Assembly: GCA_964016885.1 (NCBI GenBank)
Contig: OZ024743.1
Span: 319,300,001-319,364,000 of the forward strand
From: Eledone cirrhosa
Taxonomy: Eukaryota
Direction: 5' to 3'
DNA length: 64,000 nucleotides
This document shows, one piece after another, positions 13,888 to 27,478 of the stretch (its first letter is position 1; each line of letters opens with the position of its first letter). Below the pieces are notes generated by a model that saw only the letters and a list, made by a program, of their open reading frames with translations, ran no database searches and was not told the origin of the DNA. A program made the position numbers and the translations under genes.

Positions 13888-14281
13888 TGATTTTCGATTT
13901 AGGCACAAGGCCAAGAATCCTGGGGGAGGGGAAGTTGATTAAATTGACTCCAGTGTGACATTGCTACTAATATTATCGATCTCGTAAGGATGTAAGGCAA
14001 AGCTAACTCGGGCGGGATTTGAACTCAGAGCGTAAAGGAACGTAACTATATGCCGCAAAGCATGTTGTCCGACGCTTTACTGATACTGTCAATTGACACC
14101 GCCATTGACTAAATAAAAATAATAGAGTTTCTACTTTTGGCACAAGGCATCACTGGTACTTTATTTTATCGACCTCGTAAGGATGAAAGGCAAAGTTAAC
14201 CTCGGCGGATTTGAACTCAGATTGCAAAGGGCCATAACTATGCTGCAAAGCATGGCGTCTGACGCTCTACCTATATTGCCA
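13888..14281 (-). mobile_element. Two tandem family A SINEs
   Basis: Two cores and B boxes; TGACTAAATA(G/A)AAATAAT duplicated at 13871 and 14107 (TSD-like). Confidence 0.8.
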
Positions 14282-15177
14282 GCATCGAAATGTGTTGTCG
14301 TAATAAACGGACTCTGTGAATAATGTAGTCTTAACTATATTTTCCAGAGGTGAGAAAAAAATTCACAACTTTCAGATTATTAAAATCGAGGTAAAGAACA
14401 ACACAAGATGTTACACTCCGACTTAGTTTCCTTCTTTTGACGAAGGGATTTTACCCGGGAAGATTACGGACTAATTAAACACATCCAAGGTAACACAACA
14501 ACTGGTAATCACATTTAATATCCTCTTTGCATTGCTGTATCCATCAGAAAAAAAACTCATATTATTTTCTACACTTTCCACCATGCTTCAAGCAAAGTAC
14601 AACACCCTCAATGTATGGTATGGACCCGTAAGTCTTCAGGGATTCGTAGAGGCACTATATTGAAATACGGCGTTTCTTAAGGGATTTTGTAAACCTGGCG
14701 GAGCCCATCCCCTCTCCACACCTGAACACAGTAGATTTATTTCACAGAATAAGAGAATAGAAGTGAGAAAGTGATTTAGAAGAAGAATCGACCGCAGTAC
14801 TAGACTGGTAATTTTCTTTCACGTGCTATGCTTGCAAGTTATTTAAGATCTCACAGCAATCGGCAGTCTGGGACAGATTATGTTGATGCTGTTCCTGAAC
14901 GACCTGCGGCGTATTTGATATATATATATAGAGAGCGAGAGACTTCTACCGGACAAGAATTGTTTCATTCATATGAAACCATGCGAATGAAACAGTTTTC
15001 TTATTTTCATTTTTGTTCCGTTCCTTCCGCTTCTCATGCTTTAAATTTCTGTTTTATCTTTATTTCTCACTCCATCTTCTGATGAAACGTTAAGACTATT
15101 TTCCTGTTATTTCAAGCGTTAAAGTAATATATTTCTTCAATGTACTGTGTCATTTGCTTTGTTATTTCTGTTTACTT

Positions 15178-15205
<28 letters not shown>

Positions 15206-15208
<3 letters not shown>

Positions 15209-15516
15209 GGTGGCTGCCAACTCGTTTTCGAGTACGGCCACTACTTTATATCCATGTAGGAGAACCCCTACCAATGCGCTGAACGAGTGTGACTTTTTAG
15301 TCCAGCCAGCGACTTGAAAACTCTGGTACAGACACTACACCTGTGACAATTATTGACACATAGTGCTGGCCCATGGTACCATGTGACGACAAGTGCAGAG
15401 AGATCTCCAGATATAAAGCAATGCCTGTGCTGTGAAGCTTTTATAGTGAGCAAAGGCACTGCACAAAGCCAGTCCCACTCTCTTAACCAAGATGATATTT
15501 ACCAAAAAGAAGAACA
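15206..15516 (-). mobile_element. 5'-truncated bipartite RTE-derived short element in (CATA)n
   Basis: Near-identical to 26273-26585; encodes CSVCTRVFKSLAGLKSHTRSAH; tail matches the RTE 3' end at 58244-58286. Confidence 0.75.
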
Positions 15517-15559
15517 CATACATACATACATACATACATACATACATACATACATAAAC

Positions 15560-16000
15560 ACATTAAAAGCTACAGCAATGTGGAAGACATCCATGTACAT
15601 AATATGAAAGAGTACTGGTGGAATGTTCCAGTCAAAACCCCAATAAAATGCAGGCATAACAGACCAGATATTATGATATGAGACAGGGAGAAGAAAGCAT
15701 GCACAGTATTGGAAATTAGCTGCCCAGCAGATGTCAATATAATATCAAAGATTAGCGAAAAGGAGAATATTTATGCAGAACTGATGAGAAATCTGCAGAT
15801 ACTCCACCCTGATTACACCTTCAGATTTATGCCTGTGATTATTGGGGCACTGGGGTATGTTAGTAACTGCCTCAATACAAATCTTGAGAAGCTAGGCTTC
15901 ACAGGAACATAAAGAACACAACTAGTTAGGAAATTACAAGTACAATCCATTAATGGAACAGTAAAAATATGTAAAACATTCCAAAAATGTTGCATCTAAT
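15560..16000 (+). mobile_element. R4-clade LINE fragment (restriction-like endonuclease domain)
   Basis: WWNVPVKT...HNRPDIMI*DREKKACTVLEISCPAD...EKENIY...PVIIGALG; in-frame stops. Confidence 0.8.
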
Positions 16001-16770
16001 AACTGCATATACACATGTACAGATCAAAGCATACACACATGCACACATACAACTCAAAACATCCACATCCACACATACAATAACACCCATATCTACACAT
16101 GCAGACATGCATATATAATCTATCTAGTTGATGTTGTGTAAATTCCAATGAGAGAGTCTTGTGTCTATGTTAGAAACCGACTCTCTCTCTATTGGTAAAA
16201 ATTTGTGAAATTATAAAACCAGAAGAACATACATATAAATACGTACATGAACAAATATGTTCTACGAATTTGATGTCCTGTTTGAATGGACAGTATTATC
16301 CTAATATATTTCTGCTTAATATATATCATGATATATGAGTAAAATATGACTGTTTAATACATATTTTAGTGTAACTTTAATATATGCCTGCCTAATATAT
16401 ATCTTAGTATATCTGTAATATATATCTGCTTAATATATATCTTAGTATAACTATAATATATGCCTGTTTAACGTATAACTTAGCTTAGCAGTTTTTAATC
16501 CCTACTATCAAATATGGTGAAGGGATGAAGCTTAATGGTTATGGTGTTCGGTTCTGGTGGCACGTTGACAATTTATTTCATGTTGCTCCAGTTCATTCCA
16601 CTAGAAAAAAAGGTTTTACATGTAATTCAAAGGACCAGACTTGTCATACACTGTGTCACACTGAATTCCCTTTATAACTACTTTAAGAGTATATCAATTT
16701 AACAACTAAACATAAAGGCAAACATATTCAATAGACAATATCATGAAAAACCATCGACATTATATTATAA

Positions 16771-19640
16771 CTAGCAGAGGTACCCGGCATTACCCGGTAT
16801 AACTCTCAATGGAGTAGTCGTTCAAATGAACCGAAATACTTTCGTTAAACACGACTATAGAAGTAACAATTTATAGGTGTTGGCCCTAAAGAGAGCCTTT
16901 GAACCTTCACTTTGAAATCCCTCTTCGGCGGTGCTGCCAGCAAAGACAAATCCGATGGTAACAATTTAAAGTTGGTGGCCCTAAAGAGGGCCTTGGATCG
17001 TTCACTCTTAAAAGTCCCAGCGGCAGAGCTGTCAGAAAAGACGACTCCGATTAGAGGTGGTGGCCCTTAAGAAGTCCTTCACACCACTTTGGTGTATCGT
17101 ATTTGCTTTGCTTGTTATTTGAGATTGTAACCTAGAAAAGCATGTAACAGTCGGTGGCCACAAAAACGGCCTTGGCAAGAACACGCTGGAATGTAAAAAA
17201 AATGTTTAAATAAGATGTAGGGAAAAGTAGATTAATTAGGTTAAAACTACGGAACATCGATAGCAAAGCGTAATAGCAACATATAAATGCGGAAAACGGA
17301 GACATTAAAAATTTATAACGTATAGCAAAAGCAGCCTCAGAGGCGTGCGTGGTATTGTCAAAAGGACAAAAATAGCACTCGGATACAGCAAATGTAAGCA
17401 CTTATACAAAACAAAAACACCGATTACTTGTTGGCAGATGGGGTGCCTACAAAACTTCCTTAGAGACTATATTTTGGGTTTTCTTGCGAGTTGCAAAAGC
17501 AAATAAGTTATGTCGGCTCCCCACTTGAGAGCAGCCAACATATAGTTGATCATGGGAGAAGCACGGTTCTTCTAAATTAATCCCTACGACTGTCAGCGTC
17601 TGACCCTGTGATTTGTTAATCGACATGTGGTATGTATTGTAAGATTTTGTGTACCAGTCAAATTTCAGGTTTTAAGTTAGGGGCAACGCAGCGTACGGAC
17701 TACCTGTGATAAAGGAAATTAAATAGTGTGGTTACAGTGGTAGGTATATAAGTGTCAGTATGTTTATTCAGTTCGAACATAGCAATAAGTAAGTACTAAC
17801 CATTGAAAGGATACAGGCAAAAATGTCCGAAAAATCACAGCATGATAAACTGGAACCTTATGACCATAAACACATTAACTAAACCTCCTTTAAGGTGAAA
17901 AATGTTGAAGAAGCATCCGTTTAAGAAACATAGGGGTAGCTTATGAGAGTACGCATGCAAAAAAAACCTACCACTTGTCAAAAGCCAAAAAAGAAGTGTC
18001 CTAGGTCGGACTTGACCGATATAAATAGGAGTGATTTCGCTCAATGAACAACACTCGAGTTGTCTGATTGGTTAGATAATACAAATAAGTGGGATGAAAT
18101 CTACTGAACACAACTCACTGATGTGTGGTTGGCCAGAGGTCGCCATTTCGCACTTAATTGAGGTGCAATTAAACGGGGGAGACAACCGGGTGCAAAAACT
18201 AATCAATCATTCGCACAGTTTAGGCATGAGTGTGAAATAACACAATCCACATACAGTAGGCGTTAAAATTTACACCTGGGTTAAATCGCGCTTTCTTGAT
18301 TAGGAGTGTGAAATGACGCCAGAGTTCAAGGAAAAAAAATTGACTCCCCATTCCGCACTTAATTGTGGTGCAATTACACGGTGGAGACAACCGGGTGCAA
18401 TCCTCCTAAAGTTAACTAAACAAACTAAAGTTAAGTCAGGGGATTTAAAAATTCTCTACTCCATTTGTAGGACATATGTAACCGATGCGTCAACTTTCGT
18501 TTAAATTGACTTTTATTTCCAGAAGTTGAAATGCTTTGCTGCGACCATAATATGAACTTTAAAAGTGGTCCAAAGGGGCTCACTGCCCACCCTGGGGGGG
18601 GGGGGGGTCCCTTGTAAAATTGAAGTGATAACGAATGTGTGGTGCTTTATCTTATGGCAGGCAATAACCATTTCGTTTAGTTTTTGTATGAATCAAGTAT
18701 ATACTCTCGAAATTATGGCGCTTTTTTATTGTGGCAGTTTGAACTTTTATAGGTTAATAAATTGGGCTCATTGTCCCCAAGGGGGTCCTCTTGCTGAATT
18801 GAAATGAAAGTAAATGTGCCTCACTGTATCCTCATTTGTAGTACATGAATAACAACTAAGTCGAAATTCATTTTATTGGACTACCAATTATCGAAGCTAT
18901 GAGGCTTTGCTGCATTACAATAGCCAAATTCAATAAATGACTCGCTGGTGTTTACTATCCCCTGGGAGTCCCCTTGCTTGTTCCTGGTATAGACAGTGTC
19001 TTCAACATCATCTTTAGGCAATGGGTAACCAATGTGTCCGGTAAAGTTAAAATCTAACGTAAACTTCAAAAGTTATGAGGTACTAATAGTGTTAATGTGA
19101 ACTTCAATAGATAAGTCGAAGGAGCTTACTACGCCCCCTCCCAGGGGTCCCCTTGATAAGTTCAATAAAAGTTCATGTGTTCACCTTCATTTATAAGCCA
19201 TGAGTAACCAATACTTCTCGCTTCTTGAAAACCAAACACCAACTCAAGCAGTTATGACGTTATGTTGCATTGATGATATTAACTTCAACATTCATCAAGT
19301 CTGTTTACTGCCCCCCAAATTTCTGCGCAAGTGCATGCCTGCAAATTTATTTGTAGGCCATAGGCAAACAAAAGATTAATTTTGGTGAAGATGGGAGGAA
19401 AACTGCAGGAATTATGGGGCCTTTATACAGTAGTACTGCTGACTCCAAGCAAGAAGCTTAAGGGGATTATCTGCTACTGGGGCCCCCACAATCGATGTAC
19501 GGAAAAATAAAATAGTCCACGACGCGTAATAGGACTTCAGAAACCTAAGTATGAAATTTGGTGCAAATCGGTTGTAAAATGTAGAAATGATACGGTTACA
19601 CAGACAGACAAACATACATCATCTGTTTTATATACATAGA
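16771..19640 (-). mobile_element. Non-autonomous Helitron (~2.9 kb) with internal duplications
   Basis: Minus strand 5' TCTATGTATATAAAACAGA, 3' CCGGGTAATGCCGGG...GCTAG; termini similar to the 12702-13763 element. Confidence 0.7.
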
Positions 19641-21079
19641 TTATCGAGCAGTATCTAATAAACACAAAGCTCACAATTAAAGCGAACTAAAAAGAAAGAA
19701 CAAAGGAAATGAAAAGAAGAAAAGGAGTAAAAAAAAAGAGGATCAAGCAACAAAAGAAAGGGAGAGAGGGGACAGACACTTCACGTCAGTCTGAGTGGTG
19801 CCTCGGCCGCGCCTTGTGGACAAAACAGCAAAGGCTTTAATGTGGAGAATGGCCAGAGATACCATAGCTCCCTCTCATAGCTCCCTCTTCAAGCGGACTA
19901 CCGTTTGCCTGATTTTATGGAGGAAATCAGCAGTGCGGTGATTAAAAATGCCAGGTCTTTATGTATTGTTGTTAAATTGAGATACTTTGAATAAGCGAAA
20001 TCAATGCATTCTTGAGCAGTTAGAATTAATTAAATACTTTAAAGTTACCAGTGTATGAGAAATGCTCAGTCACTTGCACGTTAATTTCAAGAGCAGGCTG
20101 TTTCGTTGAACGAACATCTGGAAAAGTCATCGACGTAATCAACGGAGATCCAACACCACGCAACATCTCAGACATATCTTTGAATGGCGGTATTGTGTAA
20201 ACGAATCTTGCTGAAGAGATAAGATATCCGATTACCACCTCACGTTTTGTTGGTTCTAATAAGCTGCAGGTGTTTTTTCTTAGTATTACTACGACGTACA
20301 TTTTACTCTATGTACCTTGTGCAATCATGTTTATATTTTAACAAGCAGCTATCTGCTATTATCACTCGACAGTTTGGGAGGGAGAGTAAAATGAATCTTA
20401 ATAAATTGTAAAAGCAACGGAAAAGGTCGGTACAATCCCGATCCAAAGCTGCCGAAAACCCCCCCTGGTCTCACTACGGGGTTTGCATATTTCGTACTAA
20501 CATCTATCGATATTCGCTTAAACACATAATATTTCAATATATGAAGGAAACATTTTAGACATGATCTATTTTTAGAAACGTTGAGCGGATATGTATTTAT
20601 TGAAAACTAACCTACAGTTAGAACTCGAATGCACGTAGAAGATTCAAATTACGTTGAAGCTTCTAACTCTAGGTTAATCTTTAATAAATTGTTAGACAAC
20701 CCCTATTCGATCACTAAATTTTGTAAAATAGGTATAACCCCAAACTGATTCAACAGCACCAAAACTAGAGAGGGTCACTATATGGTGAATCGACCTGTTA
20801 AAAACAGCAGCCAAATATCACTCAAATTACATCCTAATGATATTAAAAGACGGGAAGGTGTATTAGATAAACTTGTCCGAGAAAAAGCATGGTTGGGTCA
20901 TGGCACCTTCCTTTGATCATAGGCCAGCAGGATCAATGATGACCTGGGGCTAAACTAGAAGACCATAGAGACGTGAAATTTACGAAATCCCGTGTAAAAG
21001 AAGCAAAAGAACCCAAAACATTTACTTGATATTACATGACAATTTCGTAATATATTATCTTACAAGGTTCATATTGTTG

Positions 21080-21362
21080 GATCCCGTCGGTCTCAACGAT
21101 GAGTGTTCCAGTTGTTTGATCAACGGAACAGAATATTCGTGAAATTAACGTGAAAGTGGCTAAGTATTTCACAGACACGAGTATCATTAACACAGTTCTC
21201 AAAGAGATTCATTGTAAAACAGTGTGCGACAAGGGTGCCTGCCTTTTTGAAATACAGAAACAACTCATTTCTTTTCTAGCTGAGTCGACTGGAGCAACAG
21301 GAATAGAACTCATGACGTTAGGATTGTAGAGCGAAAACCCTAACCACTAAGCCACATAACTT
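21080..21362 (-). mobile_element. tRNA-derived SINE, family B (CORE-like)
   Basis: Homologous to 25939-26241; head GTGGCTTAGTGGTTAGGG on the minus strand; further partial copies at ~16520, 20045, 24985, 30420 and 60480. Confidence 0.65.
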
Positions 21363-22526
21363 CATAAGGTTCATGTATAATCAGGCATAAGATCAGTGAA
21401 ACATTAAATGAATCAGTACTCAACAAATAGAAGCAGAGTTGCACTCAATGAGGACCCAAAGAATATGAGTATGTTCTGAAGAAATATCTATTAATATTCA
21501 CACACACATACATAAGCACACGCATACATAAGCATACATAAGCACACATGCGCATACACACATACAGACAAACACACACATACAGACAAACACACACATA
21601 AACACACATAGACACACACTCTCACACACACAAACGCACACATAGACACACACTTACACGCATACACACATATAGACACACACATAAACACACACACACT
21701 CACACACACATATGCACACATATAGACAGGCACACATGCAGAAACACACTAACATATACATATATGTGTGGGTATTCGTCAAATTATGCAACAGTAGTAT
21801 TGTCGAATACTACTGTTACATAATTTGAAAAGACGAAATAAAACGAAAGTGAAAGCTACTAATGACATTATAAAGTGCCTTGATAGAATTAAACAGCGTT
21901 AAAGTAACTAAATAGTTGAACAGTGTATCCCATCCATGACGACCTTCGTTCTTGATGGAGTGGTAGGGGCGTGGTAATGACAAATGTTGTATGTTAAACG
22001 GTGGCACATTAAAGGAGAGGAGCTAACAGGCTTGATTCAGGACTGAGCAATATTTAAAAGCCTAAAAATTAATGTTTTCTTTTCTACCATAAATAATACA
22101 AAAAGGGCTCGAAGAAATGCCAGGGCAGTATGCAAGTTTAGTCCACCCTTATTCCACCCTTGGCTATGGGTACTTAAACTGAACGGAGCCCATCCTTCAC
22201 CAGATCTCAACACTACTGATTTGTTCCAGAGAAAGAGTGAGAGAGTGAGGTAGAGATATAGAGGAAGAATCGAACCCTGTATTAAATGATTAAATACAAA
22301 GATGATCTCAGCTGGTTTTGGACTGAACAGTGTATATAATTATGTAAATAAGGCTGATGATGACACAATAGGTAATACCTGCCTACGAAATTATATATGT
22401 ACATATATGGGTACATCACATTTAAAGGTTGAGTTCGCATTGCTTTCCGACAAGCCGACAACAGACGTCACTGTAAAATTAGCCAATCAGCATTCTTTAG
22501 ATAACTAATTACATTTAAGTACACAC

Positions 22527-22610
<84 letters not shown>

Positions 22611-24039
22611 AACAGATACACAAAAGCAAATATAATATATATTGATATATATATGTTGATGCGCACATATATCGGTACACCTACATATACACACGAACAG
22701 CTGTATACACAAAAGTATACGAAATAATCCCAACTGACTATTAATGGTTGTTGTATAACAAAACGTACACAAAATGGTGAAATAGAAAGAGGCGTTACGT
22801 TCATTCCTTTACAAATGTATTAGTAAGTAACATATATCAAGAATTAGTGAGATGAAGTTTCTTAGGGAGGAAATCGAAGAGACTTTAGTGATGAATATCT
22901 GGTTTCACTCATTTAACTGAGTGACTGCCTAGAAACGATTTAGTCGATCATATCGACCCCAGTACTTCGCTTTTCAATATTTATTTTATCGATCTTTATT
23001 TTTAGAACCGCTGAGATGCAGTAAACGCGAACACAAACAAGGACATACATGCATACATGAATAAAGACTTTGAAAGGTCCTCTCCAGAATTCTACAAGGT
23101 TTCATTCAGACACCATATTAAGGGGTGCTGCATCCGAAATATCGGGACTATATAAAAAGATAGGCAAAAATGTGAAGAAAGAGATACAAAATAGTAAGAG
23201 ATATACATGTCAAGTCATCATACTCGTTGATTTACAGCTATGAGTTGCTGATGGCTACTGCCAACCTTTCTGCTATCAGAAAACTGTGACCAACTGGGAG
23301 ATCAAAAGTTATCAGCATTATCCTTTATACAATCAAAATGCCATGTTGTGTTTAATAAATCTGAAGAATTTTACGATGAAGTAAGTTTTATATTACTGTA
23401 CCAGTGCATATACTACAAAAATAGTCAATGTTTGGGGGTGGGAGAGTTATATGTGTATCGACAAATTTCGAGGCGTGATTGCCTCCCGCGAGAGCCTTTT
23501 ATTAGGGTTTCTTTCTTGCTGATTTCTGAACAACCCTAAAGTGTGTTTCGGTTTTGTAAAGATAATCTCAATTCATTGAAGTTTTTTTCCAAGACTCTAT
23601 ATTCAGACTATGAGATAGTACTTGTACGTATAAAAGGGTATTGTAGTTTGCTTGAAGCATTGTGGAGTATGAAAATGAAGCGTGGGTATATTTAGGAAGC
23701 CGTACTAAACAAGTGGGTTAGAATTACCAAGGCAAAATATCGGAAGGGAATTGAGAAGGGTGAGGTAGAAAGTAAAAAGTGTGAGAATAGGAAATGAAAA
23801 AGATAGGATTTATCATCCATTATCAAAAGGAATCCGTAGGGGGGGGGGGGGATCTCGGAGGAATCGGAGCTTGTCTTTCCTGTTCATTGTTTATTTTGAG
23901 ATTTCCGTTGTGCTAGGATTTAAATACGCATGCGTTCAAGCCGGCTTGAGATGGTGTTTTGTCGTTTATGTATCGATTTGAGTGTATATATAAGGACGTA
24001 TGAGTGTGTGATGTTTGTTAGTGTGTATTTAAATTTATC

Positions 24040-24225
24040 ATTGAGCTGAGCTCATGGATGTTATCCAACCATCTTTCTCGCTGTCTCCAGTTGGTTGGTT
24101 TTGTCCGTAAAATCTGTTCAGTGATTCTTTCCTGAGACGTTCTAACCACATGTCCGTAATATCGGAGCTGTGGTCTCTCAATTCGGAAAAGGAGCGGCTC
24201 TGATCTCCGAGCTACGCACTCTGTC
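24040..24225 (-). mobile_element. RTE LINE 3' fragment
   Basis: EPLLFRIERPQLRYYGHVVRTSQERITEQIL...RERWLDNI. Confidence 0.7.
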
Positions 24226-25504
24226 TTGGGTTAAAATATATGACATCATATATAAGTAGATAATTATAAATAAGTTTAACTGGTTTTCCTTTATTTTACT
24301 TTTTTCAATTGATGAAAAAAATAGATTTTATGCCTAATTTAGAAGATGACGATGGTGACTGCTGCTCGGTTTCCAATCTCAATCCGTTTTTGCTTCGCTA
24401 ATGTCTTTGGGATGTACAAACGCCTTAACCACACCACTACGTTGTCGCAACTGTTAACTTCACGGTTAATTAATAAATCATTATTGCTGGTGGTGGTATT
24501 CTTGTCGTTTAAGTATCACACGTGTTTTCTTTATTGTTTGTTCGTTCATGTTGATTATCTTACGCTTTGCTTAACTGGCTTGTACTTTCCTTGTAACGAG
24601 AGAACAGGAAACCAGTCAAGTGAATGACGGAAATTAGAAACTGATAGATGAAGCGAAAAATTGACTAACAGACACAAAGCAGAACCAATTTACAGTTAAT
24701 ATTCCAATGGCAGAAAATACCCTGGAGAAAAATGTATCTGTTTTTATTGTTCTGCTTATTTTTTTTCTCAGGATGGGTTTAAATGTACTTAAGTATCATC
24801 CCTTAAATTGCTTTAGTGTTTACATATTTCTTTCGCTTTAACTTCACATTATTATAGAAGTCTCTTGATAAAACATTATGATTGATTATTTTTGACTTGT
24901 AGATAATAAATAATAGTTGAAGAGAAAAGAATGACGCTAAATGAGGGAAAATGTACACACACATATATATGTGTGTGTTGATCCTCCGTCGAGTTCGACA
25001 ACGAGTGTTCAAATTGTTGAAACAGCAGAACAGTCAATCTGTGGAATTAAGTTGTAAGTGGCTGAGCATTCCACAGATACATGTACCATTAATGTAATTC
25101 TCCGGGAGATTCAGCATAAAATAGTGTGTGACAAGGCTGGTCCTTTGAATTGCAGGTAGAACTAACTTTTATAGTTGAGTTGACTAGAGAAATGCGAAAT
25201 AAAGTATTTTGTTCAAGGAAACAGCTTGCTATCGCAAATCCACCTCGCGATCGTGAGCTAAATATATAGAAAGGTGGAATGGTTGATAAGGCGGGTATCG
25301 CTGGCTATTCTTCACGGTGGCACTTACGCCATCTTGTTCACTGTCGTGAGTAGTTAATATATACCGCCCAGCCACTGAAGTAGGCTTTCTCATTCCCCAT
25401 CCTACCACTTTTTCTTCATTCTACTTTTTTGCGTTTTTTTCTTTTCCGCTCTTTTTGCCAGCATTTTATTTAATGCTAGAGACAATTATTTCTTAGCAAA
25501 AGGG

Positions 25505-25716
25505 CACTGGATTGATAAGATCGGTAGAACCCAGAAAAGATGCTTTATTGCATATAGTTACGGCCGTTTACGTTCTGATTTCAAATCCAACAGAGGTTAG
25601 CTTTGCCTTTCAACCTTACGGAGTCGATGAAATAAAGCACCAGCAACGCAATAGGGTCAATTTAATCGATTTCCCCCTCAAAGTTGTTGGCCTTCTGCCT
25701 AAACCAGAAACCATTA
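25505..25716 (+). mobile_element. Family A SINE
   Basis: Head, B box TTCAAATCC, core and tail GGCCTTCTGCCTAAACCAGAAACCATTA. Confidence 0.75.
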
Positions 25717-25938
25717 AATATAATACAATGTTGATAATTCTATTCTTTGAATTGCCGAGAATACTATATACCGTATATACTGGAATATAAGTCAACCCAT
25801 CAACTGAAAATAGAAGCCAAAACTGGACCATTCAAACATTTAACATGAAATAAAATATATTCTTCACTTAATTAATAGTTAGATCATCAAGGAAGAATTC
25901 TTACAAATTTTGCAACATACATACATACATACATACAT

Positions 25939-26241
25939 GTACTGGCACTCCGTCGGTTACGACGATGCGTGTTCCAGTTGATCTGATCAATGGAACAGCC
26001 TGCTCATGAAATTAACGTGCAAGTGGCTGAGCATTCAGCAGACACGTATACCCTTAAGGTAGAAATTCAGCTTGACACAGAGTGTGACACGATTTGCCCT
26101 TCTAATTACTGATACAACTCATTTTTGTCAGCTGAGTGGACTGGAACAACTTGAAATAAAGTATGTTGCGCTTGGACCTAATCGAACTCACGACCTTACG
26201 ATTGTAAGCTGAATACCTTAACCACAAAGCCACGCACCTTC
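25939..26241 (-). mobile_element. tRNA-derived SINE, family B (CORE-like)
   Basis: Minus-strand head GCGTGGCTTTGTGGTTAAGG...GTGAGTTCGATT; CORE-like TTCCAGTCCACTCAGCTGACAAAAATGAGT. Confidence 0.75.
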
Positions 26242-26272
26242 ACATATCCATATATGCATGCATACATACATA

Positions 26273-26883
26273 CATGGTGGCTGCCAACTCGTTTTCGAGT
26301 ACGGCCACTACTTTATATCCATGTAGGAGAACTCCTACCGATGCGCTGAACGAGTGTGACTTTTTAGTCCAGCCAGGGACTTGAAAACTCTGGTACAAAC
26401 ACTACACTAGTGACAATTATTGACACATAGTGCTGGGCCCATGGTACCATGTGACGACAAATGCAGAGAGATCTCCAGATATAAAGCAATGCCTGTGCCG
26501 TGAAGCTTTTATAGTGAGCAAAGGCACTGCACAAAGCCAGTCCCACTCTCTTAACCAAGATGATATTTACCAAAAAGAAGAACAAGTCAACACCATTGGA
26601 TACCATCAGGGTTGCAGGTGTTATATCAGAGTTTTCCTTCTCCTAGAATTCTGCCTTGACAAAGGCTAAGGGTTCATCTCTCCCGGTGATTTTGGATGGC
26701 CATTGACTCTTAAGAGCTCCTTTGCCCTTTGACAGGTTTTGTTTTTAGTCCTGCAGGATGTCCAAAGTCACCCTCCTCACCAAGAAACCTTGGTGGGGTT
26801 GCCAGTTTAGTCGCCAATGACCCGACCATGAGACAGGTTGTACTGGGATACATGTTACCAGTAGCACCAACTGGTGACCTGAC
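26273..26883 (-). mobile_element. Apparently full-length bipartite RTE-derived non-autonomous element
   Basis: RTE 5'-UTR-type motif CTAGGAGAAGGAAAACTCTGA joined to a C2H2-coding 3' end and RTE tail; flanked by (CATA)n; 5' half homologous to 39580-39812. Confidence 0.72.
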
Positions 26884-27478
26884 ATAATACATACATACGT
26901 ACATACATACATACATACATACATACATACATACATACATACATTCACACACATACATACATGCACACATACATACACACAAACATACATATGAGGATCG
27001 ACAGAAAAGTTCATACGCTGACCAAGATACTTTTATGGAATGACCAAATGAGGTTTATTTTTCAACTGTACCTGGAAAGAGACAATGCATTTCTTAATAA
27101 GAAGAGTTGAATTTGATGCATGCAAGACTTCACAGCTCATGCATCATTTCTTCATAGTCAGTCTAGTAACTATATAATAATAGGTCTCAGCTGACAAATA
27201 TTTTTTGTCTTTTGTGTTCTCGTTCACAGTGTTACGGAGAAAGGTAGATAGCACATTTGGTAAACTGCCGTTCAAAATACTTTTCAATGTATAGTGTAAT
27301 GGATAAAAAAAAGGCAGAAAAAAAGGAAATGAAAAGAAGAAAAAGAAAAAAGGATCAATAAACGGAAGAAAAGAAGAGAGGGAGGGACAGACTCTACACC
27401 CAATCCGAGCGGTGCATTTGCCGCGCCCCGCGTACAAATTGGCAAAGGCATTACTACGTAGGATTGCCAGAGACACCT

